This document shows positions 1-15,023 of a DNA stretch of 64,000 nucleotides, piece after piece. The translations under genes and the position numbers were made by a program. The notes under the pieces are model-generated. The model did no database searches. It was not told where the DNA came from and worked only from the letters and a program-made list of their open reading frames with translations. This DNA is from Rotaria socialis (lineage: Eukaryota), in assembly GCA_905331295.1 (NCBI GenBank), contig CAJNYD010000069.1:62001-126000 (forward strand). The letters are read 5' to 3'. Every line of letters begins with the position of its first letter. Positions within the stretch are counted from its first letter, which is position 1.

Positions 1-1167
1 TTGTCTGTAGTTTTTGTTTCCATTTCACACGGATCCTTTATGTATGCTTTGTGTGGGATATACATATATATATTTGTCATATGTTTCTTTATACAATTAT
101 CTGTTTCGGCTTCTAAAGTAATTTGTTATCGTTGACTTGAATCAATAGCTCCTTTCTTTTCTTTCTTTTCTTTTTCGTATACACACAAATAAAGCATGTG
201 TTTATGAACACTTAAAAATGAAAAGAAAAATTTTCTTTTTTACTTCTACTATAGAAGACATTTGTTTGAAACATTAAGAAATATTCTATGTTAGTATTTT
301 GTAGAATAGAATTTTATTAAATGTGATATTGGATAATAAATTTCTTTGTGCATGTAATTACGTATATGGAACATTTTACGATCAAGGTAGATAATCATTG
401 TATATTTACGCAAAAGAAAAAGTATCTATTTTTTTATTCGCAGGTAGCATGTGAATTATTAAATGAATACAGAATCTTCATTATCGAATACGATTATTTG
501 TTGGATTTGGGCTATTGAATGTGATTATCAGAGTAGCTGTGGTTGATAGTCTGAATGAGACATATAAGAAACCTGAATGTTCTGAAGAAAATCTTGCCGT
601 TAATTCATTCATCGTGTAAATGTTATTGATTTTATGAATACTATGAAAGAAGTTCGCATTTATTGCTGTCGATCTATTGGATTTATAAGATATTTTTCAA
701 TCTAATACTTTCGTTCGCTGGTGAAAATCGGATAGCTTTCTATGATAAAGTCATTTGAGCTGTTTTTATCGGGAAACGCCAACAGGAGATCTACAGAGAT
801 TATTTCGTACTGCCATAAACATGCACTAGTAATAAGCTATGAACGTAAACTTCTTTCGAAGTATTCATAACTCAATAAAAATGTTACACGAGACGTATAA
901 TTCTAGTTTCAAAGTTTTCAATAGCTAAAACATTGAACACTTTTCAGACACAGTTCAGGTTTAATGTATGCCTAATTTAAATGATACATAGACGCGTATA
1001 TGATTGCTAAATTCTTGTGTTACAGTATTATCAATTACTAAATAGTTTTACTTGTCTCTTAATAGAAGAGTTAAAGAGTGAATATTTTTATTTTGTTCAT
1101 CGACTAATAAACATTCTAAATGCACAATAAAATACCGATACGAAATGAACTGTTTAGATTAACATTT

Positions 1168-3439
1168 ATGAACAGAACGATGGTAATCGGTGATCAACCA
1201 GCAGGCCGACGTCATGTAAAGCCATTGGCATCAAAAGGTGAAAAACCAGCTGGCTATTGGGTAAGCAAACTATGACGTGTGCTTAAGTTTGACAAAGGGT
1301 CAAAAATAAAAATTTATTTCAATTATTATAGGCTAATCTGTATGTCATTGACATACAAATCATGAATTTCATATTAATGTATTGTTAAAAACGGCTTTTG
1401 TTGTACCTATGTTCTAAATAATCTATATTATATTAAAAGCTAAGCAGCTAATGATTGGGATTGCTTGATAGAGATATTATGCTTGGTAAATAACAGTGCA
1501 TTGCTTAGAAATTTGAAATAATTTTAAGATGCATTGCGATTTTTCTGCTGATGAGCGTGGTAGTTATTTTTGAAAAATAAAATGCTCGTAAGGTTTGTTT
1601 TTAGCTTCGGGACGTTTGACAAGAAAGTTTGATGTTGTTCATTGACGAAAGTAATATCAAACGGTAATTAGCCGTTTATATTCTACAATCTCGCTAGTAA
1701 CATAGTGATGACACGGAAATATGATACCGAACAGCAACGACTCATTGTTGCTGAACTCTGTAGAAATTTGATTTTTTTTTGTGCTATTATTTTGTCGAGC
1801 CTATTTAGCATAGATTGTATATAGAAAATAATACATTCCGAAATAAGAAACACTGCCGGACACTTGCAATGATGACTAGTCTTTTTATTTCTTCTATGGA
1901 AATCAACTCTTTTAATTCCTGGATCATATTGTCACAGCTAATCTTCATTTCCTTTTCAACAATATAGAATCATTTGTTCTGTTTCCGACTCACTATTTAG
2001 ACATTGCTATTATTAAAGTTTCATTCAAAAAGAAAAGAAAACGACAGTAGAATGCGTGCTGAATACGTAATAATTCTCGTAGCTTTTAGTATTAATGTCA
2101 GGCTAATTCTGAGCTTAAATCAAAATAACTGCATAGAATAGATCGAGCATACAGTGCGGTTTATCAAGATAATTTCATTTGAAAACAAAATAATTTTTTA
2201 CCCAAAACGTTAAGTTCGAAATACTATTCGAATATTTTCTCAGTCCGATATTTCATCGTTCGCACAGAACTAATTTCTATATCGTAATAGTTATGTATGT
2301 TTTTGAATAGCAGAAGTGGATACTGCAACAACTCAAATTCTAAGAATATTGACATTTAATTTCGACGTTATTTTTGATTGCTAAGAGACGTAGTCAAGCA
2401 TCAATTAAAAGAAAATGTCACGAGAGAGATAATCATACTTTTCGGAGGGCGAACTCGAATGTTTTATGGCTACTATTAATAACACCTAACAATCTATTAT
2501 AAAAAGTCTAAATTTACCATAAAAAACTATCCGATTTTGGAATCGATAAAAGAAATACACATAATCAGATTAAATGATATATCGATCTAGACAAATGAAT
2601 TACCATTGAACAAGAAAATCTTCGTATATTTTCGCTAAACTACTAACGTATATTTTCTTTTAATACAAGCAATCAAATTATTAAGATTAGTTCGTCGGCT
2701 TGCTTCTTCTTTCCACGTGCAATACTTTTGCTTTTACTACTTGCAACTGACATCTTCGACTATGATGAGAATACATTTTGTTGTCTCTAGTTCAAACAGC
2801 GCGGTTTTACAGATTCTTCATTCGATCGTCGACAAGCAACAACAACTGGTGTCATGCTTAATCAAATTGCTGCTTCAAAGGTAGCAGCAACTTCATCAGA
2901 TGTTTCATCTGTTAATAATCGACGATTTCCGGTTAGTACAAATAAATATATTCACCTTAATCAATATGTTTTATTCTTATTTTCTATTCTTCTTAACAAG
3001 AATCCTTCTAATCGTGTATCCGAACATGATAATAGAAACTCAATACAGAACTATGGGGAATATTTCGGTCGAGTAAATAAATATTTATTTTAGTAAACAA
3101 AAAACATATCTAGCTAAGAAATTGTTTATTTAGGGTTATGGTAAACGTTTAGGATTGAATACATCGGTATACAATCATGATTGGATTTTTTTAAACGAGC
3201 CACGTCCTGCACAGCCTGATCGAGGTTTAACACAACAGGACTATCGTGGCTTGCCTCCACTTGAAAATGCACAATCGATAGCAGCAGCGGCATTCATGAC
3301 AAGAAGTCAGAGAAAACCCAATGATCATTGGATGACAAGTTGCTATGATGATTTCGGACGAAATGTTGAATGCGTACCAAGTGAATTGATTTATCGTGAT
3401 GATTACAAACGAATGCCTGTTCATCCTTGGCATTATTAA
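1168..3439 (+). CDS. HDNR-motif protein, TEX36-like; 4 exons (1168-1260, 2791-2931, 3001-3072, 3134-3439)
   Basis: Four phase-0 GT-AG exons join into one open frame MNRTMVIGDQPAGRRH...GYW/FKQRGF...RFP/NPSNRVSEHDNRNSIQNYGEYFGR/GYGKRLG...HPWHY*. The HDNR motif followed by YFGxGxGK resembles the HDNR (TEX36) family. Confidence 0.6.
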
Positions 3440-4388
3440 ATGTAATAAGAGACATTTTTAGTTTGTATTTTTTAACTTTTACATAAACATTGACACATGA
3501 AAAATAATTTTCTATGGCACAATAGATATTCAATAAAGAAAACAAGGTCTTATTTAAATGTTATTTTTAATTGACATAACTATATAACTAACGAGATTGT
3601 CAATCCAACTGTTTTTGACCTTATCTTGTGGCTACAAATAGATCTTAGTGATACTAACAGAGATATAATCAAATGTGTATTAAGAAAAAAGATTCGATGA
3701 TTGAATTGGCAAGCTCTCAAAATTCCCTATTCGATACTACCTGGTCTCAAACAGACATGTTCATGTCGGCTAATTTACAAACATGCAACAAATGCATTTC
3801 ATGATAGGTTTAATCTAACTGGCAATAATAAAAACAGAAGACGTGCTGAGCCTTAGTTCATCGTATCACGATGATCCAAAAGCTAAATCCATTGAAAACA
3901 ATATTGTACTTCCGATACAATACGGAAAATTATTCAGAACCAGTAGAGAAATCAATCTGTTGATTGTTCGTATTCAATCATTGAGATTTCGAGAAAAATG
4001 ATAAAATGTAGTCTACTGGTTTGATGATATCTCGCAAGAAGAAAGGACCGTGATGAAAAATGCTTGTGTCGTACTGATGCTATCACTCAAATCTATTTAT
4101 AACCAATAGCTCTCAAACAGTCGGTAGAGTTTCTTCTGCATGCGATAAGATTTACTAAAAAAATTGATAACGGCTTTTCTCCGTTTTATGTCTTTTTATT
4201 GGCTAGATTTCCGCATCAGCTCAATCTATTCTCGTTTGTTTATTTGTCTATGCTGGTCTTTGATTACTGAAGAGAGAAAAGGAATCAATGCATGTAATAG
4301 CAATGATGAAAATTCAACATTAGGAAAGAAGAAGAAGAAAAAACTGAGAGAGAAATCATAGTTCAGAGCACAATTAACAGACAAAGAG

Positions 4389-4410
4389 CTCTCTCTCTCT
4401 CTCTCTCTCT
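4389..4410. repeat. (CT)n microsatellite upstream of the most 5' Kv1 exon
   Basis: About 11 CT units, read directly. Confidence 0.8.
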
Positions 4411-4720
4411 CTTCTTCTTGATGCGCTCATTGCCAATAGCATCAACATGTCGGGTTTTTTCTCTCCAGCTTTTATATGTTTTGCAATGGAAAGCATATTT
4501 GGGACAATAGGCTTTCTCTCCGACGCTTGTCTTGCTCTGTCAATTTAGCGTTCGCTTTCTCTAATATTTCGCCGAAAAAAGCAAATGCATGTGCATCGTA
4601 GACTTTAGTTTACATAGATAATGGGATGAAGTGCAATAAAATAATGCATTCTTAAGACTTCCGTTGTTGTTGTTATATGGCCGAATATTGAAAGATGCAT
4701 AAAAACGACACACAAAACGC

Positions 4721-7700
4721 ATGGGAACTCCAGTAACAATTCAAATCGCTGCTGCTAATTACGGCGAATAGTAAGTTATCCAAGTGAATATCTGTTTCAC
4801 TGAAATTTTAAAAGATTAGCTTTTTTTTAATCATATTCAATCTCATCTGAATAAGAATGAGTAGGTAACAGTGCGGAAAGATACATATGGTTTTAGATAA
4901 TAAAAATTTAGTTTTCAAAATATTTTCTTAGTAATACGTACACATTGCTTTTTTTTCATTTGTATTCTATTGAAACTCTTGAACGAAGTGTCGCCTGCTT
5001 TTCTTTTTGTTTGTTTCAAATAAAATTACAGGAATGGAAGATTGTTACTAATTATATATTTTAATGCGTGTATAACATAAATATATATGCAAACTAGTTA
5101 TTAGATGGAAGAATTTAAAGAAATATTTTAAATTATTTACTTGAAAAATGTTCATGACAAAATATAATTGAATTAGTTTTTACACTTTGAAAATCACTCA
5201 ATAGGAAATTAATATATATATATATATATATATATGTATAAATTAAAGTTGTATTCTTTTTGAAAAAAATCATTCAATCTATCTCCATACATTGTATAAA
5301 CATAATTTCGGATGTCAAATATGAATAATTGTCATTTCTATAAGCACAGATAAAAATAAAATATGAATAATTGATACATATCAGGTATCAGTTAAGTTTG
5401 TTTTTTCATTCAACAAAAGTTATCTTATAAAAATCATGAAATTATCGTAATAATAGCAAAAGAAGAAAAGAGTTAAAAAAATGCATTCTATTTCATTTCT
5501 TTTTTTTTATTTTATATATAGTGATAGTCAATCGAGTTATCGCCGACCATTTAGTGAACGGCGTGAACATGAAAATGCATTGCTATTTAATTATGATGGC
5601 TCAACTAGTGGTCAACATACAAAATATGGCTCTACTGCATCACAGTAAGTGTTTCTATTGGTTCCATTAAAAGATGATTTCCATCGAATAAGTTCAATTA
5701 TAACAATAAAAATCAAGTTAGTTTAAAGTTAACAAGCACTTGATTGAAAAGCATTAGAACAAATCTAATGAGAGAATTTTCTTGTCCCAAAGCCAATATA
5801 TTTAAGCAAAAGGTTTATCCAATGATAGCATTAAATTAGTGTGGGTTTTTCTCTTTCTCTTTTTTTGTCGCCTTTTCCCGCTCCATTCTCGTTATTATTA
5901 GCCTTGGCTTTTGTAGAAGCTATGTTCCTATTATTCTTTTTTTTTGTTTTGTCAACATAGTTCATCGATGTGTTTTAGGCAGAAATGAATAAAAACGAGG
6001 AAGAAAGAAAGAACCAATGTTCTTTTCTAGTAAGCTAGCAATACTAGATTGTTAGTTAGATGTATAAATAATATGCCTAATTCTAATACCCCTAGCGTCG
6101 ATTCATCGTCGCGCTCAATGAAATTTTCGACACGACATGCATGTGGTTCTTGTTCATTCCGACGGCGTGCTACAGTGATGATTATAGTAGCAGGCGGATT
6201 GTGTCGCTAAATACAAGATCGCACTAAACAAAAATGAAGAACAAAAAGAAAAAAAAAGAGAATATGTGCGCGCGCGCATGTTCATCATCGCACGTCAATG
6301 CTTTTGCCCTGTCTTTCTTCCTTCTTGACTATGCAGTGAAGGAAGACGAAGCCCATGCGGCCGGCAGCGAAGGAAAGTGGAGAGTATGTTAGACACTGTT
6401 GTCGTTTTGAGAAGCAAACAAGAGGTACAAGACAAAGCGCTACTCATTTATGTGCATGTTCGTTTCTGAGTGGCCTATTTGAGAAAATGATCAATAATCT
6501 TGACGAGTGATTGTCAACTATATAAACAAGCACTTGACATTCTTTAACACATACGAGAAAATCTTCCTTGAAGACAAAATCTTATCAAAATGACGATGGC
6601 AACAGTATGGCAACATGTTTCTTTGAGTGATCATCCAATGTAAGTACATACACATAATAGTCTTTTTTTTCAGCAGAAAAAAAAATCTGTTTATTATCTG
6701 GCTGCGTCAATCAAAAATGGTTAAAGCTCTTATGCGTGTATCTATCGATTTAGTAATTTTCGTTATTTATCTATTAGACAGTCATCCGTTTATTAATCTA
6801 CGCACGATGGGCTTCGAGTTTAATTAATTTTTGCTTGATTACAATGCACGATTATGTGCTTATTCGATTGGTATGGTTGCATTTCGGTATAGTGTTCCGT
6901 GTATTGAAAGGAAAGATATTAAAAAGAAAAATAGAAATTATATTAGACAAAATAGATTACAATCATTCGTGTCTTGTATAGATTTCCATATAGTCATAAA
7001 TGAAATAGAGGTAGAAAATGGCAATTTCAGCTGCAGTTTCATCTTGGAACCCTTCATGGACTACTAGTCTAGTGTTTGGTGACACATCGTAAGTGTTCGT
7101 AATAAATGTCTCAGAAATAAATAGGATTGTGCTTGATTTAAAATTCTCTATGGAATATGTATATTGAGATTATATGTATCGGAGGATTAATTATTGGCAT
7201 TGTATCAAAATGATGTGTGTTTGTGTGTGTTTTTCTTCAAGGACACATGCAATTTTGAACTGCTTGGAAGAAGTTTTGTAAATATTTATCTACATCAAAG
7301 TTTTACATTAGTTGCAAAAGAAAAATTATGGAAGACCAGATATATGTTTATATGTTGATATATATATATGTATAATATGTGGTTCTGTTGTTTTGCTTGC
7401 TATACTGAAGTTATGCAGACTTGCGACTTTTTTTTTCTTTTTATTATAATGATACGTCATGTAGCGACATAGATCGCTTCGGCGTATCGACAAAAATACG
7501 ATGACAACAAAAGAAAAGCCTATGAGAAATACGATGAAGCGTATCCTGTGAAACTAAGACAACAGATGATGATCATTTTTAATGACAGAAAGAAATGTGA
7601 GGTCGATGATGATAGATAAAAATATTATGCTAGTATTTTAAGGCAGTTGTTGTTGTTGTTTTCCATGTTTAAACATTAGTGGACAACGTAGCCCACAAGG

Positions 7701-10700
7701 AAGCTCAAGATTAGTAGCATCTCGTATTACACATCATTTGCAAGTTCTAACATCCGTTTTTTTTCCTATTCTTTTTCTTCGGGTTTTTGCTTTCTGTTCT
7801 CGATTATGTTTGTTGTTGTTATTCTTATGTATGTGTCGGCCCATTAGAGGACGCAATCCTCATATTCTTTGCTACGTATACGCTTGTCTGTTCTTGGTTA
7901 TGCTCGCTCTCGGTGACTTTTGATATTGTATTTCATTTTGAGCGCGAGTGTTTATTAAAATACATCGATCAATATTGTCGACACTAGAATAGCTAATATA
8001 TAAATATCGAATGATTCTGACCGATCGTTCACTGTAAGTTGGCATATTTTTGTTTTGCATACGTTGTGAACAATTATCTCAATTTGTCATTTTACAACAT
8101 AAAGTAGTCATGATACAGCACGTCGACGTGGCGTTGATTTTCCTACTGATCAATCATCAGCTCCTGCGCGGAATTCACTTCGACGTACGCCTCTTGCAAA
8201 TCGCGGTTCTCTATATGATCCATTTGCTAATATAGATGGATCAGTATCGAATGAAATCGATCCAACTCGAACATCTACACTAAATTGCCTTGTACCCGCT
8301 AGTGTAGCTGTTGTTACCAGGTGAGATTATCTAGATTTGCTAGTAGGACATGAAGAGTGTATGTTCGGCACTTATCACTTGCTATTATATCACAGAGAAA
8401 AATAAAAGAAACGATAATGCTTCTTCTTGTCGTCATCAATTGACAGAATGTACTCGATTATTATCACAGTTTTGAAGTTAATGATGAATATCACCTCTTA
8501 TTATTATTATTATTATTATCCTACTTGATCAATGAATCAATTTTAAGGAAAATACGGTGTCCTTTTCTTTTGGTCTTGATAACTATTTTCTGTGATTATT
8601 GAAAAGAAAAAGAAAATTCTTCTATCTTTATTGATAAATAGATAATACGATCAAGCTGTATTTTCTGAATTTTACACACGCATGTGCACGGGGAAATCTT
8701 CTTGACTGATTCGAAAAAAAAATCAATCCCAAAGGAATGCAGCATCTGATGTTAAAAAAAAAGGATGAATTTAAATTTTACAAAATATGATTTTTTTGCT
8801 CGAAATTTTATTATCAAAGATTTCGTTTTTGTTATTAAAATATCATTATATTGTATAAGTTTAGAAAAATAAATATATTCCTCTATTTGCAAAGAGATGA
8901 CCTAGAGAACACATCGATGTCAAATTGAGATTTTACAAAAGTATTTACAAGTTTGCCTATCTCACTTACTTGACGTTTAGAAGAAAAAAAACCACACACT
9001 AGCCGTTATCTAAACGTTATAATAAAAAAATATGGTTTTTACGCTCGAAACTCCATATATATGTAATACGTATTTGTATCCATAACTGCAGACAAGTAAA
9101 ATCTTACAATTATTCCCAGTAAAAAATCGGTTGATGTCTCCCTTCTCATTAACAATTGTATTTTCTCAAAGCTCTAAACTAACCTATTATATTTTATGTA
9201 GATTGTCGTAGAAATTCCAGTAATTTAATAGGGTTTCTTTTACTTAGCGTTGTTGTATCTTTTCCGACGGCAGTCAAATTAGAAAAAAAATAATAAAAAC
9301 CTTTTTTCTCCTTTTTTCCCCTGACATTAAATACTAAAAGCTATTAGCAAATGGCGTACATCTGCGTGCTTGAGTCTAGATAATCATCATATAATGATGA
9401 AAAATTTCACCTATGGGTGTATTAAGAGAAAGGAAAAGCCGAGTGTATTTAGAATTTTTCTCTTTTAATAAATGTAAACTCGGCCGCATTGGTGAATTGC
9501 ACAGCGTTAGATAGATCAATGAGATTTCTGTTGAAAAAAACTCAATACAATTAAGCAGTTGTAAAGAAATTCTTTTTAAACATGATTTATGGAATGTTAA
9601 ACAAAGATCAAGATACTTCTTACAATGTGAAAATTGTGTACGTATTTAATAAATATCGATTCTTTTTTTTTTTAAATATTTCAAATCGAATATTTTATCA
9701 GAAAATCATAAAGTTAAAATTTTTGACAAATGTTTCTCTCCTGATTTCTCTTTAACATATCACAGGCGAAAAAACATAAGCCTTTCTTTTTACAATCATT
9801 CGCATCTGTCATGTTGATTTACGATAAACTGGAATGATTACAAATGTAGTAGATATCATTCATATATATTTCTCTGATTTATAATCTTGATTAGCAAATA
9901 TTTTTCTATATGAATGTTGTTCGTCAAAGAATTTCAATGAAATGAAAGCAAAGTAAGACACGGATCTTTTATAAAAATTGATAAAGATCTTTAATGTTTT
10001 GCTATGATGCGAAATAGACATAGATTTTTAGATGAAATTCAAAATTAGTGACAAACAAAAAAAAGAAAATGTCTTGTAATTTGTAGCTTGCTTTGCTTTA
10101 CAGACGCGCATCTCTATGTCCTTGTTCGACTAACGTCGTTGTCTTCATTTATCCCCTCTACGTCTTATCGGTAGGATTTGTAGATATGGAAGTAATTGGA
10201 AAGAGAAGATAGATAGAAAGAATAAAGACGAGCGATATTCTAGTTTTTTTATCTTGACATATCTTCTCTTTTTTTTCACTGCTTCAACTAGATCCTACTG
10301 TTAATATAATTATTGTTTTCTTGTTGACAAAATGTCTCGTAGAAGTCTCAAGCTCATGGATGATCAAGAATAAATCGAGAGAAGAAATGTGAATATGATA
10401 GCTTGATTAACCTTTTCTTTAGACTATCTTTTTTGTTTCTCATCATCAGCATCAATAAAGAAAACTGAGTGACAAGCAACGTCTATAGTTGTCTGTTGCT
10501 TTTCTTCTGCTTCTTCTTCTTCTTCTTTTTGCGAGCATAGTTCCATGCATGCAACAGGCAAAACAGTGGTTGTATTGGTGTTGCTCGGGGGAGCACAATC
10601 CTCACACGTGTTTTTCGACAGTTTCATCTATCGATAGTAGCTATTTCAAACAACAGCAACTGCTCATGTTGTGAGTAATCGATTTAAAACTGTAGCTATG

Positions 10701-12934
10701 ATTTATGGCGAAAATCTTGGAAATAAAAAACAATGAGAAATTTATTTATCTTTGTTCTAATCTAGGGCATTTTCGCGTCCATTAGAAGAAGAACTAACTG
10801 TCGAAGAGCAACTTGAAGCATCGAAACATCCTGATTTTGAATCATGCGAACGCGTTGTTATAAATGTGTCTGGTTTAAAATTTGAAACTCAATTGCAAAC
10901 ATTAAATAATTTTCCTCGTACACTACTTGGAAATCCATCGCGACGTATTCGTTTTTTTGATCCGTTACGTAACGAATATTTTTTCGATAGAAATCGACCG
11001 AGTTTTGATGCTATTCTTTACTATTATCAATCAAACGGCCGACTAAGACGACCAAATCATGTACCAATAGGTGAAAAAATAATCATTTGCTTTTTTTCAA
11101 AACAAAATTTCCACTTCCATATTTCTTGTTTCGTTTTGTAGATGTATTTACAGAAGAGATCAAATTTTTCGAATTAGGCGAAGATGCATTTAATAAATTT
11201 CGTGAAGATGAAGGTTTTATTAAAGAAGAAGAACGCATACTACCTAAACCTGAAGTTCAACGAAAAGTTTGGCTCCTATTTGAATATCCTGAAACTTCTC
11301 AATGGGCACGTGTTATCGCTATTATATCTGTTTCTGTTATTCTTATGTCAATTGTCATATTTTGTCTTGGTAAGTGACAGATTACATAGTAATCACTGAA
11401 ATCAATATTTATAATGATTACATCTATACTACTAATTTTCAACAACAGGAAAAATATAAATCAGTTCATTATGAGACATTTCAATCATATCCGTGACGTC
11501 TGACAAGGTCAATAAATCAATTTGCCATTTCGAAGTTGACTCTCGGATAAAGATGTACACTCGAATCGACAGGCTCAGTTAACTACAAAGTCAATTCTCT
11601 CATAGGATATAGTTGTAACAACTGATGGCATAGATGAAAAGAAACCCGTACTGTTTTGCTTGAGATAGAAATTCATGGTTATTGCATTTCATACTGTAGA
11701 AGTTCGTCGGGTGAAAAACAAAAACGTTTTTATTTCCTTCTCACCCTGTTGTTTGTCTTCTTCAGTTCGTGCGAGTAAAATCTTCACTCAATTTCATTCA
11801 CGTTCATTTTTAGAAACTCTTCCTAAATTTAAACGCTATCGTGTACGACCAGCCGACAATACATCTTATGATTCATCTCGTTTAACTATTGAAGAAGATG
11901 ATATACCTGAATTGACTGAACCATTTTTTATTATTGAAACATGTTGTATTGTTTGGTTTTCATTTGAACTTCTCGTTCGTCTATTTTCATCGCCAATGAA
12001 ACTTGTCTTTCTTAAATCAATGATGAACATTATTGATATAGTTGCTATTGTACCTTATTTTATCACGTTATTTACGATATTAGCTGAAGAAAAAACGAAA
12101 TCCAATCAAGCTATGTCGTTAGCTATACTACGAGTTATACGTCTTGTGCGTGTTTTCCGTATATTTAAATTATCGAGACATTCGAAAGGTCTACAAATAT
12201 TGGGTCAAACATTACGTGCGAGTATGCAAGAATTAGCTCTATTAATATTTTTTCTATTCATCGGTGTTATACTATTTTCGTCGGCGGTTTATTTTGCTGA
12301 GCAAGGTGAACCGGAATCATTTTTCAAATCCATACCGGATGCATTTTGGTGGGCTATGATCACGATGACTACAGTAATATTATCAAAATAAAAATTGATC
12401 ATTTATTCATTTTTTTCTTTGTTTTCATTTATTTAGGTTGGCTACGGAGATATGCGCCCAGTAGGTATATTTGGCAAAATTGTTGGGTCAATGTGTGCTA
12501 TTGCCGGTGTACTTACTATTGCTTTACCTGTGCCTGTTATCGTGTCAAATTTTAATTATTTCTATCATCGAGATATTGATTCCGAAGAGCAGAAAGACAT
12601 AAAATATTCTGCGCCAGAAAATTTGACTTCGCCGACTGGTGATATTAATGCTGATCAATATGCTTTAGCAATATCAGCAAGGGGTAGTAATGATGACATT
12701 AATAAAAACAAATCTGTTTCATCAGCTGATGCATATCATCATTTAGATGAATCCGATTCATTTCTTCATTCGTTCTCTATTGCTGATGATAATACACTTC
12801 GGTCGCCAACTGCAAACCATAAAGTACAAAAAACCTCACCAACACAACAACTAATACAAAGAAAGCTTCCATCTTCAAATAATAATAGTTTACATCCATC
12901 GAATGAACCGCTTAATGTTGAAACTGATGTGTAG
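4721..12934 (+). CDS. Shaker (KCNA-like): Shaker/Kv1 voltage-gated K+ channel alpha subunit. Core exons 10766-11070, 11142-11369, 11814-12373, 12437-12934; variable 5' exons between 4721 and 10670
   Basis: T1 domain ([15 protein letters not shown]...[19 protein letters not shown]), S4 ([19 protein letters not shown]), pore TMTT/VGYGD split by an intron, S6 PVP motif and C-terminal PDZ ligand ETDV. The core is very secure; the 5' exon choice is inferred. Confidence 0.95.
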
Positions 12935-14368
12935 TCGAATCTCATTGATTCATATCCGTCCGCCCGGTTTCTTTTGTCTAGTCATCCCTACTATCTCCTT
13001 ATATATATATATATATATCTGTATGCGTACTCTATTGCCTGCGCTTAATATTCGGATTGTTAATTGTAAAAGCGAAAAAATGTTAAATTGATGTGCTCAG
13101 ATAGAGAAAATAATTATGAATATCTATGTTAATAACTGATTTAAATTTATAGAGAACAAAAAAAAGAAAAGAAACGATGAGATTTGTTTTGTTTGTTTGT
13201 TTGTGTTTTAAAACGAAGCCTTAAATGATAGAAGAACAAAATTGTTTTTGCCCAGTGTTTTCTTTTTGTAATTTGATTTTTTTTTGTGTCAGAGATCTTT
13301 ATGATTATTATTATTATTTTCTCATGTATATTTGTGGACGTATTTTATGCGTTTGTTCTTCGATAAAAATTTAAATTATTAAAATCAAAAAAAATTAAAA
13401 CATCTACTCTTTATTTGGTAATTATCTATTTCGTCTTTTGAACTACTCTATAAATTTACTACGTGGTATCAATCGTGTTCCCATGAACTCGGTAAGTTTC
13501 GCGAATTTATTAATAGCAATGCCAAGAACTTGATATTTCCTAAATCCTAACGGTATGTGCGATTTTTTGATTGTATATAAACAATCGTCGTTGGATTAAA
13601 AAGAATTCACATGAGAATAGTTAAGAAACATTGTAACTTGCTGTATGCGGCCTACTTATGAATCGATATAAAGTTCACGGCCTTTTCTCCTCTCTATCTC
13701 TGTGGCTAAATAGACACAAAAATATCGAACGAGAATCAAAACAGAATTTTTTACAGAAGAATTTTTTATTTCGAATGCATGAGACATAAAAATAGCTTCA
13801 GATTAGAGAGTACAATTAAATTGTAGTACGTCGATACAATATAAGCTGATATCAATTCAAGAGGTTTAGTTATTAAAAAAATATTGTCTCCCAGGACAAT
13901 AATTCTATGATATATGATGACCATGACGGATTAGTTTTAGCATGCTAAGAGATGGTTTTTGATTAATAGATGTCCTGTCAAAATGTCTTGAAAGATAAAG
14001 TATCTTTAAATCAGCTGTCGTACGCATATATAGTATGCGTTGAAGGAAATATTAGCGAACTCATTTTGAACTAATTATTCAAACTTTATACTGACATTAA
14101 AGACAATTATGCTGTCCGCAAAACTTGTCAAGGTTTTATCTCTTGGCTTACGTCATAAAGTAGAAAATACTTCAGTTCATTTTCTGTTCTTCTAAAATAC
14201 GCGTGAAATTTTCATCAGCCTAAGTTATTATTTCATATTCATATAAAACAGAATGGCTCTAGACTAATTATATTATGTAGATGAACATTTTCTATTTTAT
14301 TATTCTACCAGAAAGTGACAAGAGAAAAAAACAGCCACATTTTATTTTCAATCATTTGCTTCTCATCA

Positions 14369-15023
14369 ATGCTCGCAGTGCACCTATTATTAGTAATTAT
14401 TTTTCTTGCGAATCATTCCGAACCATTTGAGGATTCAGCTTATCAAATTCAACCTCAATCCGTATGTATTAATAATTTCGATGAACTTTATATAACAAGT
14501 GATGATCATTTTATTGGACAAGTTCTATATCGTTATGATCAATTACAATTAGCATGTGATTGTCAAACACTAGTCAATCATGTTGCATACAAAATATATT
14601 GGACAATTAATAATAAAAGTTACAACGAATATAATGATTCAAATAGCATTCAATTAATAGTTGACATCAATACAATACGAGCACCAATGACCTTTGTTGC
14701 ATGTCATTGTATATTTATCGAATCGAATGGAACGAAAACAGAACGAGATTATGAATATAAACTTCTTATTGGTGAATAAGTTTTTATCTTGAAATTTAAT
14801 AATTTGTTTGTTTATTTGATAATTTTTAGATTTGGAAAGTGAACCATCATTAAAGCCAATTGCTTACACCGTAGAATTGAGTATGGTAAAACAAAAATTT
14901 CAAGATTTTATTCATCTTCATTTCGCAGTCACATTTAGTTTTATATTTGTTTTAATTGCTACAATGTGTCCACTTATGATATTAAATTCTACACGTTTTG
15001 TTAAATATCTTACATCAGATTAA
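14369..15023 (+). CDS. Small single-pass membrane protein with signal peptide and Cys-containing, Ig-like ectodomain; exons 14369-14771, 14830-15023
   Basis: Hydrophobic N-terminus MLAVHLLLVIIFLA, C...W...C spacing (LACDC, IYWTIN, VACHC), C-terminal hydrophobic helix FAVTFSFIFVLIATMCPLMIL; a 58-nt GT-AG intron keeps the frame. Confidence 0.6.
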
